Positions 37,634-50,577 of a stretch of DNA of 64,000 bases are shown piece by piece. Numbering within the stretch: position 1 is the stretch's first letter; the number at the start of each line of letters is the position of its first letter. Below the pieces are notes generated by a model. It ran no database searches, was not told the origin of the DNA, and was given only the letters and a program-made list of their open reading frames with translations. Source of the stretch: Eutreptiella sp. 'Long Island Sound 2002'. Lineage: Eukaryota > Protista > Euglenida. The position numbers were made by a program, and so were the translations under genes. The DNA lies in NCBI GenBank assembly GCA_964036045.1, contig OZ038378.1, positions 30,442,001 through 30,506,000 on the forward strand. The letters run 5' to 3'.

Positions 37634-40600
37634 GAGGAGGAGGAGGAGGAGCGCCTGCCGTGGTCCCACGTACGGTGAGCCGTGGCGTCGTCCCCCGGGG
37701 GCCCCACGCAGGCACAGCCGAGGGAGTCCTCCGTCTTACCTCCGCTAGAGTAAGAAGAATCTCGTCGCACACCTGAGAACGCTCCTCCCAGCAAGCCGTC
37801 TGGGTCACAGCGTCGGCGTACGGCAACGCTACGGTCCGATCTGCTCTCCGGTGCCGGCCACCGACCGCCCCGAACTGTCCTGAATCCACCCGAGGCAGCG
37901 TCCCAAGATCAACGTGAACGGAAGATGTGGGTCTCCCGGGGCATCACCCCCGACTTAAGACGTCGCCAGACAAAGAGCGCGGTCTTGCACGATTGCGCGC
38001 TGTACCGGGACGGCCCGGGCGCGTGAGGCCGAGGACGGGTCACGGGCGGAGATACGTCCACGGGGCGGGCCGACCCAGAGCCACTTGTACATCCTTGAAG
38101 ACCGTGCGGGGGCCTTGGGAAGCTGCAGTGAGGATGGCCGAAAAGGCTGAGTGTAGTGCGGCACACCACGAGGGGATCACACGTCCACAGAGGCCGGCCT
38201 CTAGGCTCCGTCCGTTTCCACCGTAATGGATGGCCCACAGGCGGCGCAAGTTTGGGAAATGGGGGGCAAGCCCGTGCCGACCGAGACTGTCCAAGACGAC
38301 CACGTCATGGGCCTCCAGATCGATTTCCCGCTAAATGCCTTGCGGTATCTGGTTGCTCTCAATGTACACATACAGGACCCGGTATGGGCTGCGCTTGTTA
38401 CGGGTGGAGATGGCAGTCTTCACTTTGGGGGCCAGGAGGAGGTCTCCCGATAGCCATAGGCCCAAGATGACACCCAGGCTGGCCACCTGGACGACCTAGG
38501 CGTTGGGGCCCAGTTGGCAACGTGATACCACTCCGGCGGAGGGTGGCCGGCGAGGGATTGGTTCACGGGGGCCCCCGTCAGGGGGGAGAAGTGGTCGGCA
38601 AGGGGCACGACGAGCACCGCATGCCGCTTGTGCAGGAGGACGGTAGTGAGTATGATGTCGCAGAGGAGGCGACGGGGGTGCGCAGGACGTAGACCCCTGT
38701 GCTAAAGGGCATCCTTGTGCGGCGGGGAAATGGCCCCGAGACGGCCGACAGTGTACGTGGTGATGGTGTCGTGGGCCGGGGAGCCGTCCATAACCGGCAG
38801 GAAAGCCTCGTCGCCCCAGAGGACGAGGGTACCCCAGGCACTGGGCGTGCAATGGCGCCAGGCACGACACCTCTAGGAGAGCCGGGCTGCGAGCCACCGA
38901 TGGTAGTGGGCGCGGAGGAGTGCGTCGAGTGGGCAGGAGAGGACGTGGTTGCCAGGGGCGGGTAGGAGACAGAGAGGACAGGACGTGTCCTTGGGGGGGG
39001 AACAGGGAGAGGCGAATGCCGGTGACTGTGAGGTGGTCCCCCCACGTGAGGAGGACATGGCTGACGGCGGTGGCACACTCGCTAAGGGTAGGGCTGTAGG
39101 GTGGCGCTGAGGCGGCGGAGGCTTAGCGTAGGCGTGGTGGGAGGCGATCAGGGCGCAGCGTGCTTGGGGGAGGGCGTCGTGGATTTGGAGGCCTGCCTAG
39201 GGGAAGCAGACGCGGGGGTCTTGCAGGGGACTGAGCCACCCCACTGTGTCTGGGCAGGGGACCGCGGCTCGCCCCGCCGCCGCATCCACATGGTCCTATA
39301 GGGCGTTGAGCCAGGTGCCGCAGATGTGGGAGTAGAGGTGGCGGGGGGGGGCATGGCCACGGGCCATAGCGGCACGCCCGTATGAGGTCCCCTAGGAGTG
39401 AGTCCTCCGGCTCCCGGCGTCCCTCCTGGGCCGTGATGTACCCTTTGCAGTCAACAAAGTGCCACAAGCCGGACCGGAAACCGAAGGCGGGTCGGCCGAG
39501 GGTCCCCTCACGGTGAGGGCCACCCACGCTGTGTACAACTCCGCCGTGTAGGCGTTGTCCAGCCGTAGGGGGATAGGGACAGGGTACACCTAGTAACGGA
39601 GGGTGACGAGGCAGAACACCGCCACGGCCCGACCACAGCGTCAGGTCCGCGGGCACCACGACGCATCGTGGAGGATCCCATAGTTCTCGGAGAGCCACGA
39701 GGACGTCGGGACGGTCGCAGTTACTGCGTGGCTACGGCCAACCAGGGGGGGGGGGGGGGCGAGAGGACACTCGGGGCCATCCTCCCTAGCGCGCGTCCTC
39801 CGCAGTGCGGTGACCTGCAAGCATCGAGGCATGGGTGTCTGGGACCTCGAGGCCGGGGGATAACAGGGCCATCACGTGGGGCGCATGGTCCGGTAGATGT
39901 TCGGCGGGGGGTAAGTGGATGGAGATGTCGCACTGGTGGCATAGGGCGACGAACAGATCATGGTCCGTGGGGTGGGCAGCACACCGGAGCCCGAGCTCGG
40001 AGGTGAGGCAGGGCTAGGAGGGGTGGAAGCGCCAAAAGGCAGTCACGAGCCCGTGGCACGTGGACCGGCGAACCACGGGGTTGGGGTGGTTGAAGTGTCG
40101 GATGTAGACGCTGAGGAAGTTGGTGAATCCGACGACCGGGGCTGGGGGAATGCCAACGCCCCCTTTCGGAATTTCGCGGAGGAAGTGGGCAGAGGCCGAG
40201 AGGGCCCAACCAGCGGTGGCGCGCAAGGCCGAGGCGGCCATAGCGTTCAGCACCCGCATGGCCCCGTAGGAGGGGGGGGCGGACGCGGTTTCGACCGTCC
40301 CGTGGCACTTGGTGACGAACATGGCGAGGGGGTAGTGGGCCAGCCTTGGGGGCTCGGAGCGCCCTGCACGCGGTGTGGGCACCATAAAACAAGCGCCCGG
40401 AGTCGACGGGGTGGAAAAGGTGGGGGAGGGCGTGGCGGCCAAAGACGCGGACGTAGGCCTGGCTCGTGGCGCATCGCACCGGGTGGCCGTTCGGGTACAC
40501 GGTGTTTTTGAGGAAGTGGACCCAGCCATTGCGCATTTCTGTGCCGACCAAGACCGTCCTGGTTGGGTCTCAGTGGAGATTGGTGAGACGGCCCGCCCGC

Positions 40601-43600
40601 TCAATGCCGCAGGCGAGGGTGGAGAGGAGGCCACGGTCGCCGGGCAGCCACTGGGTATCATCCATCAGGAGTACTCGGTTCAACGGTCCCGCGGGGGTGT
40701 CGGTGGGAGGGACGCGGCGACACGCTTCGTGTCCTCGGACTTCGCCATATACGCAGTACTGCATGCCGGACACGGGGCACCCTTGCCCCGTGCCTGCACC
40801 CAGGTAGGTGGAGGACGGGGAACGGGCATCAGCCCCCCCACATGTGCATCTCCAGGGCGCGGTCATGGTGTTGAAGGGTCGTGGCGTCGGCTAACGAGAT
40901 CCCTGCCACGGTCAGGACGGCGTACTCGGTGGTGTGGTTGATGGAGCCGTACGCATGGCGAATATCGTCCTACAGGAACCACGCCTCGAGGCGCCGCCTC
41001 CGGCATTCCCACCACACGTCGTGGAGGACGCGGAGGAGCTCCAAAGAGGAGCAGTGGGGGGACATCCCGAAGTGGTAGGGCGGCAGGATCCCGCCCTTCA
41101 CTAGGCGGGGCTGGTAGTGGTCCTTGAGTAGGGCGGCCGTGAGCTTCCACACCGTGGCCAGATTGGTGAGCGGCCTGCCGTTGGCGATGGGGCCGTGTGG
41201 CGCCTTTTTCGGGAGGTTGATGAAATTTGCAGAATGCGCCTGGGGCATGGGTGCCCCACTGGGAACGCCGTTGATCAAGTCTACGATCACGGTAAACTGG
41301 GCGTCCTCCAACTGTCGGAATAGCCAGTATTCCAGCAGATCGTGGTACGGCACAGTGGCCGCAGCCCTGTGGATGATGGCACGTAGGTTGGCAATGGTGG
41401 CGCGGGGTGGTGGGCCAAGCGGGACGCCGGTCCACCTCGTGATAGCCTGGACGCGCGTGAGGGAGAGCGCCTCAAGGGGGGCCAGGTGCCGCTGGCGCAG
41501 CTGGTCCAATGCAACGGTGGCCTGTTGGTGGAGTTGTACCGGGACCCCCACGACGTAGACGGGATTTGCTGGGGGCACGTAACAGGCCCCCAACGTGCGG
41601 CGGTAGTCCACTTTGGTGGGCTGCGCGGGGGCGCTGGGTGGGGGCGCCAGACCCACAGCCTTTTCCATGAGGATGACATCCCAAGCCGTCCGGATCTGTT
41701 CCTTGAGGCGGGCTACCTCCATGAGGTGAGGGGGCTGGGACGCCCAGTCCGGGTGCGTGAGGGTGTAGCGTCGCAGGTTGGCGACGTGGACTTGAACAGC
41801 CGACGGCACAGGCTGGCTGGGGGCAGGGGGCCCTTAGGCCGCCGTGGCTGCGGCGTAGAGCGCCGAGGTTACCGTGACGTAGCGTGGCGGCGCGTCAGGG
41901 CCGCCTGGGGGCGGTGGGGTGAGCTCGGCCCGGAAAGTGTCGTTGAGGGCGCGGAGCTGGCTAGCAAAGGGTTCCCGGGGGATGGGGAAGCGGCCCTTTG
42001 TTGACGGGCACACGAGTTGGGGCGCAGGGGGGGGTCATGGAGGGTGGTAAGCACGCGCAGATGGTCAAACGGGAAACTTGAATCGGAGCGCACCTCCGTG
42101 GTGTGGGCAGCTTCCGAGGGGGTTCGGAGGAAGATGTGGTCAAGGGCACCTGCGAAGCCTTGCGGGCTCACCCACGTGGGGGCCTCTGCAAGGGGGTGTA
42201 AGCGGCGCCTCCCCAGGCGCGCGAGCGTGGGTAGGATGAGGTCGCAGAGCGGGGCGGGAGAGACTGGGAGGTGTGGGATCCAACGGCAGTTGGTGTTCAG
42301 GTCCCCCGTCAAGACAACGACCCTGGGCGGGGGGAGGAGGAGGTAGGGGTATACCCAGTCTAGGACCTCCTAGAGGGTGTCTAGGTTCCCATCGGCCGGG
42401 AAATGTACGTTGGCGTGGCAATGGGCCACAACCGCCACGGTGAAGTGGGTGACGAGGGCTCGCCCAGAGGGTTGGGCGCTGTGACTGGTCACGGTCAGGT
42501 CCGGGGCCCTGTAGAGGAGGGTGGCGCACCCCACGGCAACTCTTGCGGGGGCCTCGATGGTGTGGTAGAGGGGGTGCACCCGCTGGACGATTAGGGGACC
42601 AGCTTCTTGAACGTGCGGGGTCAGTGGGTACTGGTTTTCGCGTATCAGGACGTCTAGGGCGCGCAGCTTGGGCCGCAGGGACATTTGTACGTTTAGGGTC
42701 ACGATGTCCGGGCGGGGCGACGGGCGGTTGGGAAGGGGGGGATCGGAGCAGGGGTGGGTGGCGGGAGGGTGCCGGGTTAGCTTGCGGGCCACGGCCGCAG
42801 GGAGGGCGTGAGGCAGGCCCCGAACCCACTTTCGAAGGTGTCGGGGGTGATACGTGGCTGCCAGCGCCAGGACACTAGCCCGGGTGAGGCCAGTGGCCGC
42901 GACAAATACGCGGCTGTGCAGGGACTGTGGGAGGACAACATGGTGGTGCTCGGGCAGGATGAGGGAGGTGGGGGGCATGCCCGTGCGGCAGAACTGTATA
43001 TAGTGAGACCCACACACCTGCACGCAATGCACGGCGCCCACTAGGGACAAGACGTCGCGGGGCCAAGAGTCCGTCCCGCTGCACACCCGGTAGTAGTGTA
43101 CCCCCGCCGGCACGTGCAGGCACATGTAGAGGGCGTAAGGGGGCGGGACGAACTGGGTTGTGCCCGGGGCCGGCATCAGCACCAGGCCCCATTCCCTAGG
43201 GGTGGGAGCAGGGGGTGTACGCACCCAGGTGCAGGTCCCTGAGGGGGGGGACGCCGTCGAGGTGCATATGGGGGAGACGCGATACGGCATCTGGGATGTT
43301 TTCGTTGCGCTCCGCCAGCTCCGGCTGTAGCGGTCCCTCGGGTGCCGGCCGAAGTACGGCTGAAAGCGGTGCGGGTCGGCTGGGGGGCTCCAGGGCGGGG
43401 GAGCGTAGGGGTTGTGGGCCAGGGCCACGCGGGGTTTTTGGGGGTCCCCCGAGTACGGATAGGGCTGGAGGGGGGCCGCAGCATGGAGGTCGTGGCGGCT
43501 GGAGTGTGCGCGGGGTTCCACCCGCTCATCGCGGTAGGCATTGCAACGCCTTGGCGGCGGGCTATCGCGGCGATGTCCAGGGCTGCGGCGGCGGGACAGA

Positions 43601-46600
43601 GACCTGTCTGAGCGGCACGGGCTGTACTGCCGCTGGTACTTGGGGTGCGGTTCTCCTTCCAATTCCGAGGTCGCCGTGAGGTCCACCTGCTGCTCCGGGT
43701 CTCGCTGGCAGCGGTGCTTCTGTCCTCGTCCTCCTCGATGGGTGTTGCTGGCGGGGTAATCCCTGTCTGGGTCAGGCACCCAAAGGGTGTACGGGCTGCT
43801 GCTTGGATTCGGCCCACGTCACTCTCCATCCGCGGGCGGTGTGCTCATACTCGGCGGGCTTGACTCCGACAATCGTGAATTTGGCATTGTGGTTGAGTTG
43901 CTTGTCCGAGATGGACGACAGGCCTGCTCCAAATTTATCGCACAGGATGCCTCCGAGGAGCCCCGCGTCTACTTCCCCCAATGAGGGAGTGTCCACCTCC
44001 TGCCATCCTACCCACAAGGCCTTGGAGAAGGTCTGGGGGTCCACTTTTTGGGGTGTATACCCCTTCTTCTTGGCCGCGTCGTCTGCCTCGTTGGCGGCTG
44101 CGGCTTTGGCTGGGGAGGCGGCTGGGCTGTCCGCGACCCGCTGGACACGGGGAGGGCTGGCGAGAAAGTTGCGCAGGACCTCGGCGACGCCGGGCAAGCT
44201 GGGCGCATGGCTGCGGACCCAGGTCCACTGATCCCAAATCGGGGATTGCGGGAGAGAGCTGACGCTCGCGCCGTAGTGGCGGAACAGCTGGAGGTGGAAG
44301 GCGTGTGCAACTTCGCCTTCACATCCCCTGGGGATCTCCGGGATCCATTCTAGGAGGGAGGCCCGTGGGGCGTTGGTGGGAGAGGCCGTGGGCAATGGCG
44401 GCTGGGGAGCAGCGGCCGTGGCCCGGAGGGTAGCAACTGCCCGGGGCTTGGGAACCGGGGCCGAGATGGCGAACGACAGCTCGGGAGCACCCACGGGGGC
44501 TTCCGGGTTAGGCACGGGGCTTGGCGTAGCCACAGCCTGCCGGAGAACGTTGGCCAAGTCCTCGAGGTCAGGCACGTGTGGCGAGGTGAGGAGTGCTGCG
44601 GCAAGGATGACGGGCACGAGGGCCAAGAACTGCAGAGAGCCGGGCGGCGGCAGCTCAAACGAGGCTGGAACGGCACTCCGCACGGCGTTGGCGAATGTGG
44701 GTGGTGTGGACTGGAGGCTGCGGAGCCAGGTGGCTATGGACAGTGGGGGGGGGGCAGGGCCCTGATGCACTTGTGTAGCCGGACGGCCTCGGCCTGCCGC
44801 TGCGCCGCGGCGGAACGCTGGACTTGCTGCAGGGCGTTGTCCCGCTCGGTGCGGGCCATGTCTAGGTCACGTTTGAGGGACTCCAGGTCCCCCTGCGCCA
44901 CGGCTAGCTCCTGTTGCTGGGCCTCATACCGGTCACGCAGCTGGGTGTAGTCGGTTGAGTAAGCCGACACGTCCAGCTCCGGGACAAAGGGCTCCCCCGG
45001 CTGGGAGGGGCTGGGGGGGGCGGATCCGGCGGTTGGCGCAAGCGACTCCGCAGCGTGGGGTCGGCGGCAGCTGGCTGGACTTAGGAGGCGGGTTCGGAGA
45101 GGCTGAAGGAGAGCCTGGTCTGCTTGGGCAGCAGTGATGAGGGCGAATGATCTGTGCCTGCAGGGGCGGCCTTGCCCTGGGCCGGTACAGGGCTGAAGCC
45201 GAGGTGAATGCAGCCGACGCAAACAGGGTCCCAGCGGCGCTGGGGGCTGCCTGGCCCTTGGTGAGGTAGGGCGCGTGGCCTGGCGGGGTGAGGGGAGGGG
45301 GGCTGGCGGTGTCCGGGATGCCGGCCTGCAGCAGGGCGATGGTGGGGGCTGTGGCCCAGGAGTGCTCGCCGGCTTGCTCAATCTGGTGCAGCAGCTCACC
45401 GCTGCGGACCGGCAGGACCGAGCAGTCCAGCAGCGGTCGTAGCTCGTCAGGGGTCCACATGCCCTTGCTGGCGAGGGGAGGGGGAGTGGCGACTGGGGCC
45501 GGCGTCTACTGCCCAGAGAGGCAGACAGAGGAGGCCCACGCCAGGAGGCCGAACTTCAGCGGGACGAGTTCCACTGTCGGGACCTCGGATGTCTGCAGGA
45601 CCGCGTGCAAGTCATTGGGCAACGCCCAAAAGGCCGCAACCACCTCGCGGGTCCCAAGCCGGTCCCATGACGGCCTGAGGTGGGGGGCCAAGAACTAGCT
45701 GATGGGCTTGTGAATCTTGTGGGAGACCGTTTGACTTTGGATTTTTGGAGGTGCGTTGATGTCGATGGCTGGAGGCTGTTCTCAGGCCGTGTAGAGGCCG
45801 CTGAAGACCAGGCTACGGAGGCGGAACGCTGAGACGGGGGCATGGCCCGGGCTCCACCGCGTGACCAGGGCGGCAGTGAGGGCGTCGGGGTCCTTGGAGA
45901 CGTATTCCAGCAGCGGGCCGCCTTGCGCCAAGGACAAGGGAGGGTGCTCGATAACTTTCACATCGGACGGACTCGTGGCGACCGTGATGGTGGCTGTGAG
46001 CAGGAACCCACGTGGCGTCCACGCCCCCGTCACGGCGGTAATAGCTTGGATACTGCCGTCCGCAGCCGTCCATCGTAGGGCATCGCATAGGTCGGCCAGG
46101 GCGGGGTCGGTGGCCCGGATGGCCTCATCCGCTGCCTCTAGCGCGTCATCCTTCAACATGTCGAGCTCCCGCAGGAGGCGATCAGCGTCGTCAGACTGGG
46201 CAATATCCATCACAAACATGGGAAACGGTCCCCGACGAATGGCGCCTCCTGGACTGATGTCCAGGGCAGGAGAGGGGGAGTCCTGGGACGGCGTTGAGTG
46301 GTCAGACATGGTTGGCTGCGACGAAAAAAGAGCGGGTGGCTTGTGGCCGCAGGGCGCCAGGAGGGGGTGGCAAATTGGGGTGCAAAGGCTACGGGAACAG
46401 TACGAACACCAGCGGCAGCCCCCACTTGGCTGGGTGCAGAAGAAAAAACATAGGGTGCCACGAGCGTGGCCATGGTGTGACGAAACAAAGAGCATTGCGC
46501 GAGAGCGCAGAGCAACATGGGGCCGCCTGGCGGAGCGGGTCGGCGAATGAGGGTCCCATGACTCACGAGGACGGGGGTGCGAGGGGAGCGCCGCGCTGGC

Positions 46601-47080
46601 GCGCGGTGCTGCAACCCATGGGGCGCATAGGCGAATGGGGCCCCACTATGGGACACCGAAGTAAACGGCTCACGATACCCCTGCACAAGGCGTCACGCTT
46701 GAGCGGCGGATACGTCGAATGCAGTCCCCGTCGCGGCTCCCCGCGTAGCGGCCTAGAAGATTGCCACGGCGAGGGCGACGTCTTGCCAGAGTCGATGGTA
46801 GGACGTAGCGTCCACTGTGAGCAGGAGGGGGCTAGCAAGGGGGAGGGACGCACCTGGGGTGCGGCACTCAGCCCTTGGAGACACGGGAGAAGAGAGAGAG
46901 ACAGGGTGCACCACACGGGTGGAGCAAAGCAGAGAAGGGGGCCACCATGGCGGGAGATGAGGCACGTGGTGGCACGACTATCACGACGTATCACATCTGG
47001 CTTCGAGCGTGGCAGTGCGTGCAGGCAATCCGTCCTGCAGCTACCATCCTGAGGGTTTTTAGACTGGTGCCAGGTCACCA
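37634..47080 (-). mobile_element. LINE-B, apparently full length (9,447 bp), with stops and frameshifts
   Basis: TSD GCAAGTGTAG (37624-37633) / GCTAGTGTAG (47081-47090); (CTC)6 3' tail at 37651-37634. ORF1 region 46495-43772 includes a coiled coil. APE: IVTLNVQ, QE, GDLN, LDHIF, FDH. RT: LPKK..NGRPLTN, DDIRHAYGSINH, GTGQGCPVSG, LLMDD (~40660). RNase H: AYTAELYTAWVAL, HFVDCKGY. Confidence 0.92.
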
Positions 47081-47499
47081 GCTAGTGTAGAGTCTTGGCC
47101 GTTGTGGCGGACGCATTGTGTGTGGGGACACATTATATGAGACCTTGGGGAGTGCAGTGTACAGAGTACAGTGTACAGTGTACAGTGTACAGTGTACAAT
47201 GTACAGTGACAATGTACAGTGACAATGTATAGTGACGGTGTGGAGTGGCAATGTGCAGCGTACGGTGCCAGAATACAGTGTACCATGTACAGTGACAGTA
47301 GACAGTGACAGGATTGACAGTGTACATGGACAGTGTATAGTGACAGCGTACAGTGACAGTGTACAGTGACAGTGTACAGTGAATCATGAGTGAGCGCTCA
47401 CGGAGCGCTCACTGAGCCATTTGGCGCGCTCAGTGAGCGCGCGAAACGGCTTACTGGGCACTCGCTGAGCGCCCGAACGCTTGCACTGTACGGTGTGCA

Positions 47500-48560
47500 C
47501 TGTGCATGACACAGTGTGCAGTTTGCATGACACAGTGTGTAGTGTGCATTACACGGTGTGTAGTGCGCAGTGTACACTGCGCATTGCACACTGTGTACTG
47601 CACACTGCACACTGTGTCATGCACACTGCACACTGTGTATTGCACATTGCACAGTGCACATTGTGCATTACAAAGTGCACACTGCACATTGTAATGCACA
47701 CTGCACACTGTGTATTACACACTACACACCGCACCCTGTGTAATGCACATTGGGTTTTGCACACTGCACACAGTGCACTGTGCAATACCCAATGTGCAAT
47801 ATGCAGGGTGCAGCGTGTGATGTGCATGACAAAGTGTGCAGTGTGCATCACACCGTGTGCAGTGTGGATTACATCACACACGGCATACTACACCCTGTGT
47901 AGTGCACACTACACACATTGTGCAGTGTGCAGTGTGCAATACACAGTGTGCAGTGTGCAGTGTGCAATACACACTGTGCAGAGTGTATTACACAGTGTGC
48001 AGTGTGCATTACAGTGTGCAGTGTGCAATTTGTAACACACAGTGTGCAATGTGCAGTGTGCAATACACAATATGCAATGTGCAATGTGCAGTACACAGTG
48101 TGCAGTGTGTAGTGTGCAATACACAGTGTGTAGTGTGCATTACACTGTGCAGTGTGCAATTTGTAACACACCGTGTGCAGTGTGCAGTGTGCAATACACA
48201 GTGTGCAGTGTGCATTATAGCGTGCAGTGTGCAATTTGTAGTGCACAGTGTGCAATGTGCATGAAACAGTGTGCAGTGTGCATTACACTGTGCAGTGTGC
48301 AATACACAGTGTGGAGTGTGCAATACACAATTTGCATTGTGCAGTACACAATGTGCAGTGCGCGGTGTACACTGCCCACTACACGCTGTGTAATGCACAC
48401 TGCACACTGTGTATTTCACACTGCACACTGCACACTATGTATTGCCTACTGTGCAGTGTGCGGTGTGCAATACATAGTGTGCAGTGTGCATTACGCAGTG
48501 TGCAGTGTGCATTGCAGTGTGCAGTGTGCAATTTGTAACATACAGTGTGCAGTGCACACT
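47500..48560. repeat. CAGTGTG/CACACTG-type microsatellite array between the inner arms
   Basis: About 1 kb of TGTGCAG / TGCACAC units, with blocks in both orientations. Confidence 0.95.
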
Positions 48561-50364
48561 GCACACCGTACAGTGCAAGCGTTCGGGCGCTCACTGAGTG
48601 GCTACTGAGCCGTTTCGCGCGCTCACTGAGCGCCAAATGGATCAGTGAGCGCTCAGTGAGCGCTCACTCATGGTTCACTGTCACTGTAGACTGTCACTGT
48701 ACACTGTCACTGTACACTGTCCATGTACACTGTCAATCCTGTCGCTGTCTATTGTGTGTATTCTGGCACTGTACGCTGTCACGGCACACTGCACACTGCC
48801 ACTGCACACTGTCACTATACATTGTCATTGTACATTGTCACTGTACACTGTACACTGTACACTGTACTCTGTATACTGTACTCCCCAAGGTCTCATACAA
48901 TGTGTCCCCACACATAGTGCGTCCGCCACAATGGCCAAGACTCTACACTAGCACTCTACACTGTCACTCTACACTCATTGTATGCTCTGACTGTACACTG
49001 TCATTGTACATTGCCACTGTACACTTTCACTGTAAACTTGGTGCGATTTGTTTCGGGTGGATGGTATATTGAACCCCCCTGTTTGCAGTCCTTTGATCCC
49101 CCCCCCCCCAAACAGCTACAGCCAGAACCGAAAGAACAGCTGCAGCCACAGTGAAAGCTGCAACTGCAGTCTTCGCCACAGCCAGGGCCACACACACTGA
49201 CACAACCACAACCCAATAAACACACAACACAGCTTGCAAAAACACACCCACACCCACACCCACACCCACACCCAGACCCACACCCACACCCACACCCAAA
49301 GCCGCAACCACAGCCACTACCATAACCACACCCACAACAAGAGCTACCACGACGGCCATGACAACAACCTCACGCAAGCCCAGAACCACAACCACAACCA
49401 CAAACACAACCATACCTGCATCTGCAGCCACAAACACAATGCTATGCGCACACAATCAAAGCCTATGCCACGCAACAGCAAAACCAACAACAGCATCCAA
49501 AACAATAGGTGCAAAAGCTGCAACACACACACACACACACATTGGCACACACACACACACACACACTTGCGCGCGCACACATTCACGAATCCACATCCGC
49601 ACACAAACCTAGACAACCAGAAACAAAAGAATGCAGTCACACACTCACAGTGACGCACAAGGACACCTTCACCCAGGCATCGATCCAAGCAAGCGCCCCC
49701 CCCTCGATTCACACACAAACATACATACAAACACACTAAATGAGAGAAACCAAGAGGGAACAAACCATCTACACTTGTGCACATGCGCATGGGCGCAAGC
49801 ACACACACACACGAACACAGACAATAGCACAACATACCTGCAAAGGTCATCGTCATTGCCGCCATCATCATGCACTTAATGCCATGGCCAACAAATAGGA
49901 AAGGCATGGCAAGGGCAGGACAAGGGGACGCGACAGGCAGGATAAGAGAAGGGCACGGGGGGGACGTCTCCTCGCTTCTGTACGCGACTCCCCCCCCAGT
50001 AGAAGTGGGCCGAAGGCCCCCAGGAGGGGGGGGGGGGCTTCTTGGGGGGGGGGCTAGCCGCCGAGGAGGGCCTCCCTAGGGGACTAGCTAGTCGCTGCTA
50101 GTTGCTAGGGGGGGGGGGGGCTAGGGGAGAGGGTTTAGCAGAGGTCTAGTCCAGTCTGGCAGAGACGCGGTGGCCTAAGGGGTTACTCTACAACAACGGA
50201 GGCCTTCACTCTATCTCCTCACCATTGCAATGGTGGTTGTAGGCGCCCACACCCCCTGCCTGGGGAGGGCCGTATATATATGCTGGTCTCTCCGACACGG
50301 CCCATCACACCGGAGAGCAGCTGGGTGCCTTGCAGGTTGCCCAAGCCTACGAGGCACCTGATTG

Positions 50365-50556
50365 GTTTTTTTTTTCCCTTTGCCGTACACACAAGTACCG
50401 CTCTATATGAATATTTTTTTTTCCTTCGCCGCATACACAAATGCAGCTCTCTGGGAGTAGGTTTTTTTTTCCTTCGCCGTACACACAAGTACCGCTCTAT
50501 AGCAATGGTTTTTTTTTCCTTCGCCGTATACACAAATACAGCTCGTTCCGTCCCTT
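50365..50556. repeat. ~48-bp tandem repeat, 4 units alternating A/B
   Basis: T(8-9)CCTTCGCCG(T/C)A(C/T)ACACAA units. Confidence 0.8.
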
Positions 50557-50577
50557 TTTTTTCCACTACCCCACGGC

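Noticed and set aside
47500-48560. Many CACAGTG heptamers (V(D)J RSS heptamer) near a RAG1-like transposase
   Set aside because: They arise automatically from the CAGTGTG microsatellite. No spaced nonamer was seen and they are not at defined element ends.
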